Of a stretch of 64,000 nt of DNA, positions 12,001 through 23,600 are shown piece after piece. The notes under the pieces are model-generated. The model ran no database searches, was not told the origin of the DNA, and saw only the letters and a list, made by a program, of their open reading frames with translations. The stretch's first letter is position 1; each line of letters starts with the position of its first letter. Position numbers and translations under genes: made by a program. Origin of the DNA: Amoebophrya sp. A120 (taxonomy: Eukaryota > Protista > Dinoflagellata); contig CAJINV010000006.1 of assembly GCA_905178155.1 (NCBI GenBank), forward strand, positions 1,675,876 to 1,739,875, in the 5' to 3' direction.

Positions 12001-15000
12001 CCCCGCTGATCGTCTCCGCCCCCTCGCGGCATTGGCGAGCAGTCTAGCCTCCTTAACTATTTCACTTCCACAAAAGCAGCCAAAGCAAGTTTGGCCCACT
12101 CAGATTTATAACGCAAGCTCCCCGAAGCTGCGCGATGGCCGGGCGGGTTTGCTTTAAAAGTAATTTTGATTGAACTAAGAAAAAAATCCATGCATTTTCG
12201 AAAATCCTACACTAACAATGTTTTTTTCTTCGATATCATTTTCCTTGGATAAACTGTCCCGAGGAATGGGAAAGCGAAAGAACGCGGACGGTACCTTGCA
12301 AACTAAGGCCCTGTCCAGTGGACTGCGTCTTGAAGCAGTGGGAAACCTGGGAACCGTGCTCGCAAACCTGCACGCCCCGGGACCACGGGGAGCCGATTGA
12401 GGACTTCTACGGCAAGCGAACCCGGAGGAGAGGGATACAAATCGACCAGGCGTACGGCGGAAAGAGCTGCGGGCCGCTAACCCAGACGGTATGCATTGCA
12501 AATATCGATCTTCTGGGTCTGGAACAGGTTGCAACTTGTGATGCTGTCTCTGCATTCTAAGAAATGAAAATCTGTATTGCATGACCAGCAAGAGGGGTCC
12601 AGTTTGTGCTACATGGAGAGGGCATTATTTCTCATGCGGAATAGGCATTAGGAAGCCCTCTAATAATCTGTGAAGATGTTGCTAGGTGATGCATTACAGG
12701 CATCATGGGTTTGGGTTATGTAAAATCTGAATGACAAGTCTTGCACTCTTCCAGACCCAGACACATTTGCATTTCATAGACGGGAAAATGCGGCAGCGAG
12801 CTGTGTCCCATTCCGGCGATTGACTGTTTGTTGACGGAGTGGACGCGGGAAGACGACAGCTGCGCGAAAACCTGCAGAGACAGTGACTACGAGACTGTGG
12901 ACGAAAGGTGGCACCGGTCGATAGATCAAGAGCCGTCCGTTATTCTGAGGAAAAACGTCTCCACCTCCCCAGAGTTGTCATGCAAATCTGCAGGCCAAAA
13001 AAGTTTCTCACGCGGAGCCCCATGAGAAGGATTTTCTGTTTGTGTTTTGGGATTTGTGATGCTAGAATCAGCATGATATGCTAGAGCTGTGATGCTGCTG
13101 ACCTACCTAAAACAGGACTACACTACGAGGACAAACTTCTTGTCATGCGAAACAACCAAAGCTGGTTGATTTGTCTAGCAGATTGCCCATCTTGCCTCTG
13201 GTGCGGGGACCACGTTTTTACTCAGGATATCCGGAAACGGCAAGCAGTGCGACACACATCGCGAAGAAGTGCGGCGTACTTGCAAGCCCCCTAGGTGCCT
13301 ATCAACTGTAAAAATGTCTGGGTCCTCTGGAAGAATCCAACTTGTCATGCTGATTTTGGATTCTAAAAAAATCTGTATTTCATGAGCAGCAAATAAGAGA
13401 GTCCAAGTTTATTTGCTACACGGAAAGAGCATTTGTGATGCGGTATAGGCATCAGGAAGCCCTCACAAAATCTGTGATGCTAGGGCATGCATCACAGACA
13501 TCAGGAGTGGTCATGCAAAATGTGCATGACAAACCTGGCAATCTTCCAGACCCAGACATTTTTACATTTGATAGTGCCCGATCGACTGCAAGGTGTCGGC
13601 GTGGACCGCGTTTGGGGCTTGTAGTGTGTCTTGTGGCGGTATCCACAGTAAATTTCCCGTACACGTACAGATGCGGTCTCTGCATGACAAAACTTGGCTT
13701 CGATCCTAGTTTAGCATGACAAGTTTTACGCTCCAAATTGGGAAAATTTGTGATGCATGTTGTACATGTACGGGAAATTTGTATTGCATAGGCGGTGGGC
13801 AAAAGAAGAGAACAAGGACGGTTACGACCAGAGATGCTTTCGGCGGGACGCCTTGCCTATCCTGTGCAAAAGTATCGTACTCGTAGTAATTGCAATCATG
13901 CATTACAAATTTTTTTCTGAAGCTAAATCCGCATTACAAATTTGAATTTGTAATGCATTTTTTTATACGAGTGCGATACTTTTGCAATGCATATTGCCCA
14001 GAGTTGACCCAAGTGCAAAGTTGCAACACGCAGCCGTGTCCCATCGATATCGATTGCGAGTTTTCTCCCTGGAAAAACGTCGGGGAGTGTAGCACTTCTT
14101 GCGGTTCTGGTAAGCAATTGCAGACAAGAATTGTGAGCATACCACCCGAGAACGACGGACTGACCTGTACGGAGGTAGCAACTGCACAAGACTCTTCATT
14201 CACCGGAAGGCAGGGGAACGCGCTGTTATCACACCGAATCCTCTGTCCTAACCTTCCGCTGTGCCCCATCGATTGCCAGCTTTCTCCCTGGAAAAACGAC
14301 GGGAAGTGTAGCACTTCTTGCGGTTCGTCTGGTTCGCAACAGCAGACAAGATTTGTGAGCAGAAACCCGGAGTACAAGGGAAGGAGCTGTGAGGAGGTAG
14401 CAAAGGACTTAGAAGCAACTGAGCAAGACCCCGCAATCGCCGGAAGGACTGTGACAAAGGCCGGGCTTTTAGCCCGCTCATTCACCCCCTGTCCTAACCC
14501 GGAGGACAACAAGCATTGCCCCGTCGACTGCCAATTGCCGGACTCCTGGACGCTTGGCCAGTGTTCCAAAACCTGTGGCGAGGGTACGCGGACCAAAACG
14601 CGGAAGCTATCCTCGATGTAAAAGCGTCTACACGACCCCACACTTGTCATGCAAATCTGCAAGGAGCCCCAAATGTAGTTTCTCATCCGCAGGAGCCCCG
14701 GAACGTAAGTAGAGCATATTCTCATGTTATCTGAAGCTGGGGGCCCCATGTCGTGCGCGAATCAGAATAAGATGGCTGTCGATTTGATGTGATCCAGCAG
14801 TACTAGCTAGCTGAAACAGGATCATCATCATACAAGCCCAAACTTGTCATGCAAAACGGGCAAGAACACTTGTTAGTTTTTCTTTGTGTAGTACTAGCAA
14901 AATGATCCCCGTTTTGAGGACTCTGCGTCGTGGGCCACGTTTTTCCAGAGGATAGAAGCCCACAGTCGAGCCCATGTATGGGGGGAAGGAGTGTGCGGAG

Positions 15001-18000
15001 ACCAGCGCGGTGGAGCAGTGTAACCTGGGGGCCTGTCCACCACCGATCGACTGCAGGCTGTCGCAGTGGACGGATGCTGGTGTGTGTTCAAAGACTTGTG
15101 GCGGCGGAATTATTACCAGGACGCGCACGATCGACCAAAAGGCGGAAAACGGCGGGAAGCCCTGCGAAGCCCTGCGGGAGGAGGTGGCTTGCAAAACGCA
15201 GCCATGTCCGAAGATCGATTGCGAGCTTTCTGCCTGGACAAAGGACGAGGGGTGCAGCGTCACTTGCGGTCCGGGGGTGCAGAAGTGGACCCGAGTTCAA
15301 ACGCAGGATGCGCTGAATGGGGGCCGGACATGCGCTATCGAAAGAAAAAATCCCCCCTCCCAATATCAAAACGGACTTTTTGATGCTGGAGCTGTGTACA
15401 CGACATCAAATGCGCTTTGTATGACAGGAAGGCATTGCAGCGGCCAGATCCCCACCCTAGGTAGGGGCGTTTGGGCCTAGTTGTTCAGCATTGCAAACGG
15501 CTGCCCTCTAGGACCAGCAGCATGCCAAATCGCTTCCCTAATGGGGCGGACGCTTCTGCCCTTGTCTTCTTGCAAGACAAATGTGATTGATGGCCACAAA
15601 TCAGCGAGCGCAAATTTTCGGAAGACTACCTTTTCAACATCGGGAGGGGAAGTTTTTCCTTTCAATATGCGCCCAAGTAGATCCGGAACCAAACGGCTTC
15701 GGCGCTTTGACGAAGCGAACCGGCTGCAGCAACACGCAGCCATGTCCTGTCGTTTTTATCGTACGAGAAAGCTGGTCTCCCATGGCTCTAACCTTTATTG
15801 TCTCAGTATTACAGATTTCCTCCCCATGACGACACGCAATAGAAATTCAACTTGCGTGATGCGCCACATGCTTGCAATGGAAGAAAACACGTTGTAGCTG
15901 TACCCGATATGAAGCGTCCTTTTGTAGTTCCTCTTGGACGTTTTCGTCTATTATGACAAAATACAAACTGTCTCGTCACGAGTGGAATTCCTATGCCTTG
16001 CAAGTATGTCTGGGTCTTGGACTTTGTGTTGCTGATACCTGGGTAGTTGCAGATTAGGTGCTTGTAAGGCATACCAGCATGAGAAGCTTTCCGCAGCCTG
16101 TTGCGGATTCATGCGCATTTAGCATTACAAACTGCCATCCAGCACGACAAAAAAGCTAACCAGTCGCGTTCACGCGTTGACAGATATTGTTGCCCCTGAA
16201 GTGGCTTGTATCACAAAGCCAGACACAGACATATTTGCAGTTGATAACTCTGTAGTAGGTACACGATGGGACTCAGCCAGTTTTATCCAGTGCAAAGATG
16301 TCTGGGTCTGAGACGTGGTTCGAACTTGTAATGTTGGTCGCACATAATTCCAGTGAAAGTTGTATCGCATGACCAACAAAAGTCACAGCTTCTCGTGCCA
16401 GATAAGAAAAGCGCGGCTACTCATGCGGATTGCGTAATATGCGAAAACGCTCTGCAGCACGCCCTTCATGCTTGGCTGCATTCGGAATTGTTTCCATCAT
16501 CCACAGTGGCGTATGACAAGTCTATTCCAGATCCAGACATATTTGCAATTCACAAGTTTTTTCTCACGACCACTTGGACGGGGGTGTGCATTCTTGCTTC
16601 ACAATATCCAAGAAAGAAAGACTGTTTATTAGAAGTCGCGTAGCTCCTTTGTGAATGTGATGCGCAGCATGCAAGGCGATTGCGTCTGTCAAATTCTGGC
16701 TATGCATGTTGTTGACAACTTCTACGGTCAATTTAAGCGCGTTGCTCCAACGGAAACGGACACCCTCCTGCGCAAAATGACAACAAATTTTTGCCGTCAT
16801 CATGCTCCAAATCAGGTCTGTGTCTGTGATGCTGTTCCTCCTGTTCTTACTCCAAAAAACTTACGCCGCCACGATTCTACTTTTTGTTTTCTTGGATAAG
16901 GGGGCGAAGACGCGGGCGCCCACGTTGTACCCGGATTGGGTGCCCAATCATTTCGAAGAGTTGTTCAAACCCATCGGCGGCTTTGTTCGTTGGACGCAGT
17001 TTAAGACTGCCGGATTCAATCCGTGGGCCAACCCACCGCCACCCTTCATGCCGCACTGGGCCTGGATGTCGTTCTGGCAAGGGCACGGGCAGTGCACAAC
17101 AAAGGGCACTTGCGACACGGCGAGCCTGGCCTTCCACCTGCTGCAGGCGCGGTGGCATACCCAGTATGCGAAGAACCTATGCATTGCAGCAAAAGTATCG
17201 TACTAGTACATATAAATTGCATGACAATTATTATATTTTTTTCAGAAGGAAAAATGGCATCTGTGATGCTGATTGTGGTCGGACAGTAGATTAATTCGAC
17301 ATCGCTTGCCTTCATCCGGGTTCTTGTCCGCACACCTGGACCTTGGTTGTCATGCATAACTGCAATCAGTATGAGTCCGATAGTTTTGCACAGGAGAGAG
17401 CCCGTGGGGAGCCATCTGCAAAAAGGTGGACCCTATCGAGAGCAAATATGTACGGGTCTAGAAGAAAGTTGTGCTGCAAGTCTGTGATTGGAGCGCCAGG
17501 AGGCCCAGGTAGGCGCGCAGCAATTATAGTTATACGCAGCCACGCATGACAGGTTTTCTTTTGGAACTGCCACTGCGATTTGTTTCGTTTTGCGACTGAC
17601 AGACAAGAGCAGGCTCATTTATTCCTGCTCATGCATCACAAAAATATAAAAAGTCATGCTATTCGAGCATGGCGAACTGAAACTTGGACTCTTCTAGACC
17701 CAGACATCTTTGCAATGGATAGACCCGGCTTGGAATTCATTCCCGGTGGGAAACAAGTGGCTTGCCGTATCGTAACGGAAAATCCCCCCTCCCCATATTG
17801 AAAAGGTGCGCGGCCTCTTAAAATTTTCAGTGGTGAATAGATTTGTGTACGCAAATCCTGCGTCAGAGATTTCGTTATGAATATACTGGACAAGGGGGGA
17901 TTGTTTTTCATTTTGATATGCCAGCGGCCTGCATAACGGTGACCGCGATTGCAAATTGGAAAAACTCACACACTACGAGTGGGAGACGGTGGCGAGTGAT

Positions 18001-18833
18001 TATGCGTGGGATGGTATCAAAGTGAGAAATCCCTTCTCCCCATAGTAAAAACAAAACTTCTGCTGCTATTATTGTAGATTTGCGCACACAAATGAGGCCT
18101 GCTGTGCTGTAAACTGCGAGCAGATTCTCAGCCTTGATCTTGGGCGCGTAATGGTCTAGCCGTTGGTTTGGAAGAAAGGGAAACCCCTGCCCTGCAGGCT
18201 CGACAGCATGACCAACCGCCTTCATAATGTATGCGGCGCATACAACCTGCTGCTCGGCGCTTGCCTTATTGCGGAAGACAGAATTAAACTTGGGCCACAA
18301 ATCAGCGTCGCAAACTTTGAGAAGGAAGATGTCGTCTCAATGTGGGCGGGAGAGGGATTTTTCCTCGCCATAATGTGGGGCAACAATCCCGAAAGTCGGC
18401 ACTGGCAGGGGCAGGAGCCCGAAAGTCAGAATGGGCACAGCCTCCTGACCTACATCGAGCTAACATACGCCTGGGAGGAGTACAAGCTTTGGAAAATAAA
18501 GAACCCGTCCAAGATATGCATTGCAAATATGTCTGGATCTGGAAGGTTCGGGGAGTTTGTCATGCAAATTGTAGATGGCTCCCGATCCGATGGATGCCTG
18601 TGATGCATTTGCATGCTTTATCGTCACAGCTTTCGCAAAGGTTTGCTCATGCCTATCCTGCATGAGAGATCCCCTCTCCAGATGGCAACACAGTCTGAGT
18701 GTCTTTTGCCTCTCTTGCAATACAGATTTTTGCGTGATCGACAGCTAGCAGCACGAGTCCCATTCTTTCCACGACACCCAGACATATTTGCAGTTGATAC
18801 AAGATGCTTCTTAAAGAAGAGGTTGCAGTCTAG
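1..18833 (+). CDS. Giant multi-exon TSP1-repeat / EF-hand-like repeat protein (5' end upstream of window), about 38 introner introns
   Basis: Removing each element plus 5 nt joins fragments in frame. Many TSP1 motifs (CPIDCxLSxWxxxGxCSxxCGxGxxxRTR, 13999-15335), EF-hand-like loops (DFNKDNLLSEAE, DTDRSQTISEAE) and a duplicated Trp-rich domain (4960-8760 vs 16899-18514). Stop TAG at 18831-18833. Frame through 15757-16898 not resolved. Confidence 0.8.
444..755. mobile_element. Introner family C
   Basis: tatcaaaaggaaaaatc...gatttttcactttgata, DR cgagc. Close relative of 57625-57940. Confidence 0.9.
959..1224. mobile_element. Introner family B
   Basis: TIR tatcaaatgtaaaaatgtctgggtctggaaga, DR gggag. 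Confidence 0.9.
1263..1505. mobile_element. Introner family D
   Basis: tatggcattctcaa...ttgagaatgctata, DR agaca. Confidence 0.9.
1559..1710. mobile_element. Introner family A
   Basis: tatcctgtgcaaaa...ttttgcaatgcata, DR cattg/tattg. Confidence 0.9.
1800..2030. mobile_element. Introner family E
   Basis: tatgcaagaaaaaactg...ttttgttggata, DR gcagg (this DR happens to give GT-AG borders). Confidence 0.9.
2059..2337. mobile_element. Introner family F
   Basis: tatcctgagtaaaaacgtccccacaccagag TIR, DR cttct. Near-identical to 22188-22466. Confidence 0.9.
2391..2608. mobile_element. Introner family G
   Basis: tatcgcgagaaaaaactgtttcactg TIR, DR tgcga. Confidence 0.9.
2784..3042. mobile_element. 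Introner family B
   Basis: B-type TIRs, DR tgcga/tacga. Confidence 0.85.
3103..3417. mobile_element. Introner family C
   Basis: C-type TIRs, decayed DR cggtg/cgcaa, frame kept. Confidence 0.85.
3556..3783. mobile_element. Introner family H
   Basis: TIR core agtgttacagttacac, DR aacta. Confidence 0.9.
4551..4955. mobile_element. Introner family A carrying nested insert 4707-4914
   Basis: DR tgaat/tgaac. Internal 26-bp duplication at 4681-4706 and 4915-4940. Confidence 0.85.
5193..5403. mobile_element. Introner family H
   Basis: H-type TIRs, DR agcga/aacga. Confidence 0.85.
5465..5672. mobile_element. Introner family E (reverse orientation relative to 1800)
   Basis: Ends cttacacagtttttttcttgcata, DR gctgc. 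Confidence 0.9.
5715..6020. mobile_element. Introner family I
   Basis: TIR of about 45 bp tatggatgtgtcaggatcgaaatcgacaaaatcgaaaaatttgtgatgc, DR acgct. Confidence 0.9.
6211..6555. mobile_element. Introner family C
   Basis: C-type TIRs, DR aaatg. Confidence 0.9.
6960..7190. repeat. Degenerate short tandem array (cacaaatctgtgctgcg)
   Basis: Roughly 9-10 imperfect copies. Confidence 0.8.
7441..8345. repeat. G/C-skewed minisatellite, unit about 60 bp (ggtgggtgggtaggtcggtaggcgtggccaataggcagcgcacgctcgccccaccc)
   Basis: About 14 imperfect copies. Produces the spurious repetitive ORFs here. Confidence 0.9.
9011..9156. mobile_element. Introner family A
   Basis: A-type TIRs, DR aggtc. Confidence 0.9.
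9298..9562. mobile_element. Introner family B
   Basis: B-type TIRs, DR aaggg. Confidence 0.9.
9884..10201. mobile_element. Introner family F-like
   Basis: aaaacgtcccc/ggggacgttttt TIR core, DR gtgga. Confidence 0.85.
10267..10511. mobile_element. Introner family D
   Basis: D-type TIRs, DR cgtcg. Confidence 0.9.
10638..12251. mobile_element. Introner family G with nested long element
   Basis: DR acctg/aactg. Removal restores GGTCPEEW. Confidence 0.8.
10893..12235. mobile_element. Long (1343 bp) TAT...ATA element with family E-type TIRs
   Basis: tatcgaagaaaaaaacattgttggtgtag / ctacactaacaatgtttttttcttcgata, perfect DR tcatt. Confidence 0.9.
12490..12778. mobile_element. Introner family B
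   Basis: B-type TIRs, DR gacgg. Confidence 0.9.
12941..13229. mobile_element. Introner family F
   Basis: F-type TIRs, DR tccgt/tccgg. Confidence 0.85.
13300..13573. mobile_element. Introner family B
   Basis: B-type TIRs, DR gtgcc. Confidence 0.9.
13640..13790. mobile_element. Introner family J
   Basis: TIR core aaatttcccgtacacgtaca, DR ggcgg. Confidence 0.9.
13858..13993. mobile_element. Introner family A
   Basis: A-type TIRs, DR ttgcc. Confidence 0.9.
14608..14954. mobile_element. Introner, F-like (diverged)
   Basis: tatcctc...gaggata, DR gaagc. Confidence 0.85.
15336..15667. mobile_element. Introner family C
   Basis: C-type TIRs, DR tgcgc. Confidence 0.9.
15992..16246. mobile_element. 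Degenerate introner family B
   Basis: tatgtctgggtc / cagacatatttgcagttgata, DR decayed. Confidence 0.65.
16284..16554. mobile_element. Degenerate introner family B
   Basis: B-type TIRs, DR agttt. Confidence 0.7.
16605..16898. mobile_element. Degenerate introner, E-like
   Basis: tatccaagaaa...tttcttggata, no clear DR. Confidence 0.6.
17178..17397. mobile_element. Introner family A (diverged)
   Basis: DR gaacc/gagcc, frame kept. Confidence 0.75.
17434..17721. mobile_element. Introner family B (diverged)
   Basis: DR gaccc. Confidence 0.8.
17768..17918. mobile_element. Short introner family C
   Basis: DR tgccg/tgcca. Confidence 0.8.
18015..18372. mobile_element. Introner family C (diverged)
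   Basis: C-type ends, DR decayed, frame kept. Confidence 0.7.
18515..18799. mobile_element. Introner family B
   Basis: B-type TIRs, DR caaga. Confidence 0.85.
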
Positions 18834-19355
18834 GGCGGAGCTTGGTTGATATATATGCAGAACATAAGCTGGCACAGGAGGTGGTTCATGTGCGCATCGA
18901 ACTCCAAATCAACAAGAATCCACACAGTAGTGATGAGTGATGTAGTATTAACGCTCCTTCTTCAGAACGCTGTAGCCGCTGGTTAAGTTTTTACACAAGT
19001 TATCACCTAATAAAAGATCACGACGTATCAATCTGATACGAAGGGGAAGGTTGGACATCATCATGACCCTGATGTAAAAAGGCAGAGCACGAGTTTTTTT
19101 TTTCAAAGGTCGCGATGGGAGCAGGGCGACTAAACAGTCGCAGCTTATCACACTGCCCTTCATGATCCGGAGGTAAAAGACCTAGAGGAAGTTGCTAGTA
19201 CTACCTACTTTGAAGTTGTGCTTGTGGGTGCCAGTGGTCCAAAGCTGAAATATTATGCGATCAAAGAGTCGAAAACTAACAGAGCAGAAGATGTTAATTG
19301 AATATACTATCAGAGACTCCTGGAATTATTCTGCAAACACAGAGACTATACGTAA

Positions 19356-19423
19356 ATTCTATCAAAGACTCCTCGAAAGAATTTTGTCATGTATTCTATC
19401 AAAGACTCCTCGAAAGAATTTTG
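19356..19423. repeat. Tandem duplication, 31 bp unit at 37 bp spacing
   Basis: attctatcaaagactcctcgaaagaattttg occurs twice. Confidence 0.8.
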
Positions 19424-20648
19424 CTATGTGTGTGTTGTGGCATTCCGCAGCTCACGATGAAACTTTACAAAGGATATCCCAAAGCAAATCGAATGAAATT
19501 AAAACCAGTGTGTGACGCCAAGTTTTTTTGAAAGCAGTTTAGTATTTTTTTTACGGAAGGAACTTCACAAAGAGAAAGAGTCATATTAGCTAATACGTGC
19601 ACATAGTCATGTGTTACTTGTACAAATTTGGATGGAGAAATGATATGAGCAGCTAGGTATTCTTTTTTTTACACATGATGGAGCCCGTGAACCTGAAGTT
19701 TTAGAATATACTGACGTTGAAGATGATTGCGAGAACTACGAATGGAAAAGAACAGGAAGGCACTCAGTGTCAGTCACTCAAGTAAGATTGTCATTGTTCC
19801 TCGCCCTGGCGCTGGTTAGGAGATGTTGGCAGTACTAGATTTTCGATTTGGTCCCACATGCACATGTATTTTGTTTTGTCCCGATCAAGAACAAGATTTC
19901 CCGGGCAGGATGAAGTTTTTTCGCTGGTCCTCAGAGCAGCAGCAGATCATTCTGGTTACAGTGTGAAAACCGATTCAACAGGCGCGAGTGCGGTCGAGCA
20001 GAAGATCATAGCAATTGACTGGAGGTCGTGTTTTGCATGCCCGACGTTGTGGCCTCGATCATCCTTCTATAGTTCCTTGCGCAAGAGTTCTTGTGCTGTG
20101 GATCCACTCTGTTCTGCGTTTTTCCTTTTGGACGATTTTTTCGTTTAATACCTGATAGATGAACACTCGACCTTCTTTTGTTTTTCATCTGGTCCGCGTT
20201 TCGGCCTCGAAGGGTAAGCATGATTCCCTGCTACGACGTGCTGCTTAAGCGGAATGCTTCTACTAGTACTCCTCGTCTAGGTCGTCGTGAAATAAAACTG
20301 CATCCTGCGTGTGTACCAAAACATTGGAAGATGCCCCACTGTGAGGTTCCGTATCAACATCCGTTGCAGTAGCTGTAGCGCAACTTTTTCTTTTACGCAA
20401 TAAATATAGAAGATCTTCCAATGTTGGCCGACGCAGACCACCACCGGCACTGGCACACGAACAGAAATGCTCCTGGGTGAGCAGAAGGAGTCATCTTCTA
20501 CTTCTTTGCGATTTTTTAGCAGGCCAAGCAGTCGTGTAATATTTTCATCATGCTCCTGCACCTGCGCTGCTGCATATTATCCAACGAGCTCCTGCAAGAG
20601 AAAGGACGGACCGGGTCAACATCCTTTATTGCGGGGTAAAAATCTGTC

Positions 20649-23600
20649 ATGTCTCGAAGTGGTCTTCCTCTTCGCACGATCGTTCGTCCTTCACTTACCA
20701 ACCTGCAGATGACGACACCTCCTAGCACGTCGTGCCAGTCAGTTCTTCGCCACACTTCTTGTTCTTTGCCCGCCTCGGCGTCACGCTGTTGCTGGTTCTC
20801 ATCGCAAGGACTAAGCTGTAGTGGTCGAAATAACCGAAGAACCTCGTGCCAAATAAGGTCATCGCACCCGAGGATCCAGCACCACCACACCAGCGACCGT
20901 AAGTTCGCATCTCTCCTTCCACAACGACGACCTCAGGCACCGCAGCTCGAAGAACTACAGCTTAGTTCCTCTAGCCAGTTAGGGAGAGGGCCGCGCGAAC
21001 ATGGTGGCGCAGGACCAGGACCTCCACCCCTGCATCAAGTGGAAACAAGCGCCGGCTATGGAACGACCACGAACACGACTAGTAGGAACAGCAACATTCT
21101 TTCCGACAAGAACCTGCAAATTTGGACCGAAAGAGGCGTAGCGAGGGTGCGACAATTGCTGCAAAACGATGGACACAGGGCCGCAGGAGGTGGACATGGC
21201 CGTGCTGGTGTGTGGGGATCTTCCGAAAACGACGAGTTCTTATTTCCGGCTAGAGCAACAAAAACCGCGAATGGAAAAAGAACGCAAAATAAGCAACAGC
21301 TTGCTGCTGGTCGTCGAGTCATCAATGCTGCGTCGCAGAAAATTAGAATGCCAGCCGACCACTTCCCCCACCTGGTTTCCCAACTCGAAGCCATTGCAAC
21401 CGCCGATCTGCTATCCTCTGTGAAGATGATAAATAAATCGCCCTTGATCATGCGACGACTTTGAATTCACTTTGTACTGCGCGTTCTACTTTCTACGCAT
21501 CGCAAATTGAAGTCGAGATCGACAAGAAAGCCAAAGGGCACTTTATCTTTACTTTTCTCAAGCACACCCACCGGCGAACCGCAAGCGAGAGAACCTGTTT
21601 GTGCGGGAATTCAGGTTGTTGCTCTTGAAACAGCTGGAACTCAAGAACGGGATCTCGTTTCTTCCTGTCTGCAGCAACTCCGAGCATGTTGAGCAGGAAA
21701 CCAACGAAGCGAAGGACCACAACCCAGCGGCCGAGGATGAAGATCTGTGTGCATCTGTTTTGCCGACACGACCTTTAGAAGAAGATTCACCCCCACCCCT
21801 CTTCCACACCCGGCGAGAGAAATTCGGGCTGACCAACGTGCTTCGCGCCTGGGCGTCGCTGTCGGACCTGAACTATGCATTGCAAATATGTCTGGGTCTG
21901 GAAAGTTGTCATGCTAATGTCCGAATGATTCGCAACCTGTATTTTTAGGGAGCTGCGCATGACAAGTTTTTGAGCAGCTTCTATGTCTAGCTCGAAATAC
22001 CGCATGACAAATCCAAATGGCCTTTTTGCATGACAAACAAGTGGCACTGTAGCGCACCAAGCATGACAAACTTTTCTGTCTTGTCGGCCAAGCATAACAG
22101 ACTTGCATTCTTCCAGACCCAGACATAATTGCAGTCGATATGAATTTGTGCGACAGGGAACTGGTCACGAAGCTGTATCAAAGAATTTATCCTGAGTAAA
22201 AACGTACCCACGCCAGAGTTGTAATGCAGATTTGCAAAGACAGGAAGATTTGTAATGCGCATCCCCATGAGAGCCATTTCCAATCGTGTTTTTTAATTTG
22301 TGATGCTGTGAGCAGGATGAGCAGATGAATCTGTGATGCGGCTGCACTTGCTAAGCCGCACTACACTGCAGAGTGCAACTTGTCATGCGTGACTCACAAA
22401 ACTCCTAGGTTTGTGTTGCAAAATCCCCATCCTGACTCTGGTGTGGGTACGTTTTTACTCAGGATAGAATTTTCGCGGACTTTTCGCTCGTCGGGATGCA
22501 AGAAGAGTTATGCAGTGGCGACCGGGAGGACGCGCATTTACCTTTTCGTGGTGGCTTTGACCAGCAAGGCCGCAGCTACGAGCAGAAAGCCCGGAAAATG
22601 GGCGTGCGCGTGGACGATTTTACCCAGAAGGAGTATTTGGAGCAAGGAGGTGGAACTATGGGGAGTAACATGAATCAAGAAGTACGAAGAAGATGTTGAC
22701 ATGCTCACGTTCTACTTGCCTCGTCAGTCGTGCAGCACGGTCGGGGTGATGACCCCAATTATCGGCTAGAAGTAGACGACGTATATGTAAAAAATGTACT
22801 GAAAAGCTCGGAACAGGAGCTTCATGAACACAGAACGTTGCTTGATCTTTCTGTATTCCGAAGTTCTTGCAACGACCACTGACGCAAGAGAAGTAGAAGT
22901 GCTTTAGAACTTTTAATACCACCCACCGACCGCGACCATGTGGAGCACCAGCAGGACGGCGACTGCTCTTTCTCCTCTACTTCCCGCGGCTTCGTTCCAA
23001 ATGTGGACAAAAAGACCCGCGGTCCCGCTTCTTCCAGCAGTAGCAGCAGCCGTAGGGATAAACTAAAACTCCTGACCACGCACCAGAATAAACTCCGTCC
23101 CAAAGCCCACACCCCGACAATCGGAAACCTCAACTTGTCGCAGCTGGTCCTGCTGGCTTCGTGTTTGCGCTTCAGCAACAAGGACGCTTTTCCGAAACAG
23201 AAGTTCGCTGAGTTGCGGGACGTGGTAATGAAGAACTTACTCCGCCGGAGAAGAGAATTGTTGGAACGTGGACTGTATGCAACTGTGCAAAACAGGTTTA
23301 TCGTAAAGAAAATGGTGCTTGCAGTAGACTAAAAGTGTGTCATCAGATGATGAACGAGAAACATGATCTAACTCCTGAGCTCTGATGAACTACAACTTAC
23401 TGTGATGTGAAGAATAAAGTGCTTCAGCTTTGCTACATGTCTGTACCTGCCGCATGATGATGAAAGAATCTTTGCACACATGCATATCTGGTTTGTCGAA
23501 GCGATGCTGAACTTGGGTGGTATGTATGCGAGAGTAAACGCTGCGAGAAGTCGAAGTGGAAGAAGCGGGACAGCTAAAAGTTCTAGGGCCTCGAGTTCTG

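Noticed and set aside
11017-12157. Transposase ORF inside the long nested element
   Set aside because: Only short ORFs are present, with no recognisable DDE or other catalytic motif.
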